Both the position numbers and the translations under genes were made by a program. Below are positions 58,960 through 64,000 of a stretch of 64,000 nucleotides of DNA, piece after piece. Each line of letters starts with the position of its first letter. Position 1 is the first letter of the stretch. Under the pieces are notes generated by a model. It saw only the letters and a program-made list of their open reading frames with translations. It had not been told where the DNA came from and did not search any database. This stretch comes from Tubiluchus corallicola (taxonomy: Eukaryota; Animalia; Priapulida): positions 425,349 to 489,348 of the forward strand of contig JAQGDQ010002376.1 in assembly GCA_030141605.1 (NCBI GenBank). Reading direction: 5' to 3'.

Positions 58960-61900
58960 AGTATTACAGAAAAAGAGAAAAAAATCGGTTTAAAACCAAA
59001 ACCGAGATCGTACTTTGGGACAACAGGTGATAACCAAGAAGCTGCAGTTTCCAGAAGTAGTCAATCACAAAGATTATGCAAAGTTTGCAATGGGCCTCAC
59101 GGTGTTTGGAGGTGTGATGAGTTTCGCAAGATGAGCATTCCACAAAGATGGGACTCTGCAAAGCGGTTGAACTTATGCTATCGCTGTCTGGGGTCAGATC
59201 ACCAAGGTCAAACCTGTCCACGTAGCAGAGTTTGTGGCATAGACAGCTGCAAATACAATCATAACAGATTTCTACATTCGTCAAAAGAAGTTAGAGAAAA
59301 TAATTCGCATTTAGCCGCGACCAACAAGAACTACAACAATACTGTTGGTTCTACACCGTCATCAATCAAACCTGTAGCTGAAGATGGTTCATCGCATCGC
59401 AGTAGAACATCGACCATACCACCTGACAAACAAAATTCGGCTGTGACAATGACATCTGGCAATCCCAAGATAGTTGAAAAAATTATGTTGCGAACTATAC
59501 CAATAATCGTGAAAAATGGAAATCGTAAATTGACAATCAACGCATTATTAGATGATGCCAGCACAAGATCGTACATCAACTCGGATGTAGCAGCAGAGTT
59601 AGGACTTGAGGGTGAGACTCAGCAGATTAACGTCAGCGTTTTAAATGGGCAAACAAAAGTTTTCGAAACAAGACCTGTAACATTTAATCTACAGAGTGTC
59701 AACGGCCAGCTGGACATGAAATTCAGCGCATTAACGGCTGAAAGAGTTACCGGAAATTTGAATGTAATAAACTGGAATGAATGCAGTCACAAGTGGGGCC
59801 ATTTGAAAGCTATTGAATTTCCAAAACTAGGACGTCGCCTCATCGTAGACATGTTGATTGGCAGCGATTACACCGATTTACATTATTCGTACAGAGATGT
59901 TCGTGGAAAGCCAGGGGAGCCAATAGCTAGATTAACTCCACTCGGATGGACATGTATAGGACAACCAAATGATTGCGACAGTTATCGTGTTCGCACCAAT
60001 TTCGTTCACACGTATTTTTCGGCTGAAGCTAGTGAAATTCGGCTTGATGAGATGTTGCAACAATTTTGGCAGATAGATTCAGCTGGCACGATGCCAAGTT
60101 GCCGCATTCTGGATATTGATGCAGAGAACGCTTTAGCTAAAGTAGAGAAATCCATGAAAATGACGGATGGACATTATGAGGTTTGCATACCATGGAAAGA
60201 TAATTCAGTTGAGCTGCCTAGTGCGAAATTGAGCTACGAAAAGGCACTGAAAAGACTACAGAGCACCGAAAAACGTCTACTAAAAAATCCAGAAGTGGCA
60301 AAAATATACGAAGATAATATTCAGCAGTATGTGAAGAAAGGCTTCATACGTCAAGTGACATCATTAGAAGATCAGCAATGCGGACGATGGTTTTTACCCC
60401 ATTTTCCAATAATCAGACCAGATAGAGAGACAACAAAAGTACGCATGGTGTTTGATTCGTCAGAAGAATGCGATGGAGTCTCGCTGAATGATGTCATTAG
60501 TCCCGGACCAAAGCTGCAGAGAGACTTATTCGATGTCTTGCTTCGTTTTCGTAAAAATCCTGTAGCATTGGTATCGGACATTGCAGAGATGTACTTGATG
60601 ATTAAAATTGTTCCTGAGGACAGGGTTTACCATAGATTTCTCTGGAGGAATTTCGAAAACAGACAGCCTGACCAATATGAATTCGAAAGAGTCGTTTTTG
60701 GGGTAAATGCATCACCATTTCTTGCACAATTTGTGACGCGGAAGCATGCAGAAAAATTTCAATTGCAGTATCCAATGGCTACAGAAACCGTACTCTACTC
60801 GACGTATATGGACGATAGCATGGATTCAGCCATCGACGATGAACAAGGCATAGAGCTCTACAGTCAGTTGTCCAGTCTTTGGGAAAAGGCTGGCATGCGA
60901 GCTCGTAAATGGTTATCAAATTCACCTGTAGTGTTAGCCGAGATACCACAAGAGGAGAGAGCATCAGAAATTAACTTAGATGAAGGACTTCTTCCGAGTA
61001 TAAAAACACTTGGAGTACTGTGGCTGGCAAAGGAAGATGTTTTCACCTTCAAACCAAAATCCATAGACATCGACAATTTCTTATTTACCAAGCGTAATAT
61101 ACTGAGGAAGATCGCTACAATATTTGATCCATTGGGATTTCTGGCAGCATTTCTCATTCGAGGGAAAATTATCATGCAGGAAATGTGGACAGCCGGTTTA
61201 GGATGGGACGACGAGCTTGACGAAAACTTGCAATGGAAAGCCAAAATGTGGTTTACAGAATTGATCGAGATGCCAGAAATTCATATTCCGAGATGTTTGG
61301 TCACGGAGGGGGGTACAGATTCATGCACACTGCACACATTTGTAGATGCATCGCAAGAAGCCTATGCAGCAGTTAGCTATCTACGTTGTACCTATCCTGA
61401 CGGAACTATATCGTGTCGACTCATCGCAGCAAAGTCTCGTGTAGCCCCTCTGATTGCAATTAGTATTCCACGACTAGAAATGATGGCTGCAATACTGGGG
61501 CTAAGGCTTACGGACCACATAGCTGGTGCACTAAACATGGAACTAAAAAATGCAATTTTTTGGTGTGATAGTATGAACGTTTTATGGTGGATAAGGAGTA
61601 GAAGTCGCACACTGAAACCGTTCATCGCTAATCGTATAGGCGAAATTCAGAGTCAAACATTTCCACATCAATGGCGGCATGTCACATCAAAAGAGAATGC
61701 TGCTGATGCTGTGACTAGAGGGAAAACTGCAAATCAACTTATTAATGATGAAAAATGGTGGAGAGGACCGAAATTTCTTCACAAGAACGAGCAAGAATGG
61801 CCATCTAAAATTATAGAATTTCAGCAAATGGATGACGCAGAACTTAGAAAGCCAACAAAAATTAGACATGTATCTAATCGTGAAACTGCTGAAACTTACA

Positions 61901-64000
61901 TTACTGGACCAATACAAAACCAGGATGACAATTGGCGTCTAAAACCTGAGCGGTTTTCCAGTTGGTTACGACTGATTCGAGTACAAGCATGGGTACATCG
62001 TTTTCTAGAAAACTGTCGTGATTCCAAACTGCACAAGAAGTTTGGAGAATTAGAGCCAGACGAATTGCAAGACGTTGAGATAAGCATTGTACGAAACATG
62101 CAACGTGAAGCCTTTTCACTGGAATACAAATTACTCCAGAATAACCAACAGTTGCCGAAGAATAGCAATTTATTAAAGCTGCAACCTAGATTAGACGAGG
62201 ATGGAGTTATTCGCAGCGAAGGACGTCTCATTCACGCAGAATACTTATCGTACGATGCACGCCATCCGATCATTCTGCCTAAGAATAACTGGGTAACCAA
62301 GTTGATAATTGGACATCATCATGAAAAAGCTCATCATGCAATAGGGGTGAATCAGACTCTTGCTTCACTGTCAGCTCGATATTGGATAATCTCTGGCAGG
62401 GAAGAAATCAGAAAATTTGAGAAAGAATGTGCAAAATGCCGTAAGCAGAAAGCTCAATCTGCAACGCAAGTGATGGCACCAATTCCAGAGATCAGAGTGA
62501 AACTGCCTTTACGAGCTTTTGCTAGGACAGCAGTGGATTTTGCTGGACCGTTTATTACAGTTCAAGGAAGAGGAAAACGTCGACAGAAACGCTATCTTTG
62601 CCTCTTCACTTGTATGACATCGCGGGCAGTGCATTTAGAGATAGCCTTTGGCCTTGACACTGATTCGTTCTTAAACGCCTTCTATCGCATGGTCAATCGC
62701 AGAGGTTTGCCAACTGAGATGCTTTCTGACAACGGTTTAAACTTCGTAGGAGCGAACAATGAACTACAAAGTCTATTAGTGAAATTAGATGAAGAGAAGA
62801 TTCAACGGACATCTGCAAACCAAGGTATCAAGTGGCATTTTAACCCACCATTAGCACCACATTTTGGAGGAGCCTATGAAATAATGGTAAAAGCCTCAAA
62901 ACGAGCCATATTCGCTATTCTCGGAAACGCTGACGTCACGGATGAAGAACTCATGACAGCATTTACCGGAGCAGAAGCACTATTAAATTCGAGACCATTG
63001 ACGTACCAAACAGCAGATGAGAAAGATGACATTCCCTTGACGCCAAACCATTTTTTATTTGGGCAAGTTGGTGGACAATTCGCGCCCGAATCAGTGGATA
63101 ACACAGACTTTAATCCTAGAAAGCGTTGGAGGCGTGTCCAAGAATTAATACGTCATTTTTGGAAAAGATGGATGCGAGAGTGGCTTCCAGGACTCAACAG
63201 ACGCAGTAAATGGAATCGTGTGCAGAGAGACATTCAAGTAAACGACATCGTACTTGTTATATCTCCAAATACACCTAGAGGACAGTGGCCTATGGGACGC
63301 ATACTAGAAGTCTACCCTGGTAGCGACGGGCACACTCGAGTTGCAAAACTGAAGATTGGCAATAGTGAACTTACACGACCAATCACCAAACTCTGTCCAC
63401 TGGAGTTCATTGAGGAAGAAAAACCCGACAATCAAAAGTGAAGTTTCTACAAACACTGCGGATGATCAGCACCACAGAAAATTATTACTATGATTTTGCG
63501 ATTATTCGTTTTCGTACTGCTTGCTAAAGTTTGCAAGAAATTTGTTTTTTGTAGTTAAACGTAAACGTCATGTAGCACAGAATGGAAAATTTTAATTACC
63601 GAATGTTAGAATAACTTGAAACTTGTAACTCAAAACTTAAAATTTAGCTTCCACTGCTATGTGTATTGATGGTTAAATGGAAAATTAAGTAGTTTAGTAG
63701 AACTAGTTACACTGTTGATTTTGACTAGATTAATAGATTTTGTTGATATGTTTTGTTAAAACTTATCAAAGAGGGGGGAAATGTTCGGAAGAATTCTCTC
63801 TGCTTGCCCTTTAATCTAAAGTTGTACTTATTTAGAATTGCCTGTGAAACTTGGCTTCGTTATATGCATTTAGTAGGTCAACCAATCAGAATTGAGCACG
63901 TTTTTTAGTCTACTCATTGGAAGCGAAGAAATCGCCATGTATTTGATTTGTTCTGTAATATTGAATTTAAAATAAAAGTTTTTGGGATTACTTCAAAACA
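58960..64000 (+). mobile_element. BEL/Pao LTR retrotransposon, 5'-truncated, with PPT and 3' LTR
   Basis: Frame open 58960-63441; PPT AAAGAGGGGGGAA at 63768-63780; LTR begins TGTTCGGAAG at 63782, has AATAAA at 63971, and the window ends in CTTCAAAACA (8/10 inverted match to the LTR start). No 5' LTR or PBS is seen upstream. Confidence 0.93.
59131..63441 (+). CDS. BEL/Pao gag-pol polyprotein (Gag C-terminal knuckles, protease, RT, RNase H, integrase)
   Basis: Three zinc knuckles (CKVCNGPHGVWRC just upstream of the Met in frame, CYRCLGSDHQGQTC, CGIDSCKYNHNRFLH); protease ALLDDAS; RT YMDD; RNase H FVDAS..RLE..WCDS..ENAAD; integrase HH-CC and DFAGP/SDNG/GGAYE; BEL-typical KSRVAP, IPRLE and LTPNHFL. 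Confidence 0.93.
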   Translation: MSIPQRWDSAKRLNLCYRCLGSDHQGQTCPRSRVCGIDSCKYNHNRFLHSSKEVRENNSHLAATNKNYNNTVGSTPSSIKPVAEDGSSHRSRTSTIPPDKQNSAVTMTSGNPKIVEKIMLRTIPIIVKNGNRKLTINALLDDASTRSYINSDVAAELGLEGETQQINVSVLNGQTKVFETRPVTFNLQSVNGQLDMKFSALTAERVTGNLNVINWNECSHKWGHLKAIEFPKLGRRLIVDMLIGSDYTDLHYSYRDVRGKPGEPIARLTPLGWTCIGQPNDCDSYRVRTNFVHTYFSAEASEIRLDEMLQQFWQIDSAGTMPSCRILDIDAENALAKVEKSMKMTDGHYEVCIPWKDNSVELPSAKLSYEKALKRLQSTEKRLLKNPEVAKIYEDNIQQYVKKGFIRQVTSLEDQQCGRWFLPHFPIIRPDRETTKVRMVFDSSEECDGVSLNDVISPGPKLQRDLFDVLLRFRKNPVALVSDIAEMYLMIKIVPEDRVYHRFLWRNFENRQPDQYEFERVVFGVNASPFLAQFVTRKHAEKFQLQYPMATETVLYSTYMDDSMDSAIDDEQGIELYSQLSSLWEKAGMRARKWLSNSPVVLAEIPQEERASEINLDEGLLPSIKTLGVLWLAKEDVFTFKPKSIDIDNFLFTKRNILRKIATIFDPLGFLAAFLIRGKIIMQEMWTAGLGWDDELDENLQWKAKMWFTELIEMPEIHIPRCLVTEGGTDSCTLHTFVDASQEAYAAVSYLRCTYPDGTISCRLIAAKSRVAPLIAISIPRLEMMAAILGLRLTDHIAGALNMELKNAIFWCDSMNVLWWIRSRSRTLKPFIANRIGEIQSQTFPHQWRHVTSKENAADAVTRGKTANQLINDEKWWRGPKFLHKNEQEWPSKIIEFQQMDDAELRKPTKIRHVSNRETAETYITGPIQNQDDNWRLKPERFSSWLRLIRVQAWVHRFLENCRDSKLHKKFGELEPDELQDVEISIVRNMQREAFSLEYKLLQNNQQLPKNSNLLKLQPRLDEDGVIRSEGRLIHAEYLSYDARHPIILPKNNWVTKLIIGHHHEKAHHAIGVNQTLASLSARYWIISGREEIRKFEKECAKCRKQKAQSATQVMAPIPEIRVKLPLRAFARTAVDFAGPFITVQGRGKRRQKRYLCLFTCMTSRAVHLEIAFGLDTDSFLNAFYRMVNRRGLPTEMLSDNGLNFVGANNELQSLLVKLDEEKIQRTSANQGIKWHFNPPLAPHFGGAYEIMVKASKRAIFAILGNADVTDEELMTAFTGAEALLNSRPLTYQTADEKDDIPLTPNHFLFGQVGGQFAPESVDNTDFNPRKRWRRVQELIRHFWKRWMREWLPGLNRRSKWNRVQRDIQVNDIVLVISPNTPRGQWPMGRILEVYPGSDGHTRVAKLKIGNSELTRPITKLCPLEFIEEEKPDNQK

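Noticed and set aside
59331-63104. Antisense ORFs within the BEL/Pao pol
   Set aside because: Shadow ORFs without independent features.

Overview
AT-rich, intron-rich animal (probably invertebrate) genomic DNA, with no prokaryotic features. Left to right: (1) VPS29 on the minus strand, running off the left edge, head-to-head with (2) a complete 13-exon SEC14L2-like gene (CRAL-TRIO + GOLD, about 394 aa, plus strand, 3918-20319). (3) The 3' ten exons of RAD54B on the minus strand (23952-57445; 5' exons lie beyond the right edge). Nested antisense inside RAD54B introns are three things. (4) A single-coding-exon 3936-aa protein with about 110 C2H2 zinc fingers (manual count), whose 67-finger core is built from four finger classes in strict ABC/ABCD modules and has no Arg/Lys at the base-contacting positions. 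(5) A near-identical 1.3-kb copy of that gene's finger-less C-terminal tail and 3' UTR, next to a decayed THAP/P-like relic. (6) A 5'-truncated BEL/Pao LTR retrotransposon with an intact pol frame, PPT and 3' LTR. Introns also carry MITEs (Tc2/pogo, hAT, Harbinger-like, Kolobok-like), a LINE 3' relic, a hAT transposase relic and a 30-bp minisatellite. All calls come from manual reading; no database searches were run.
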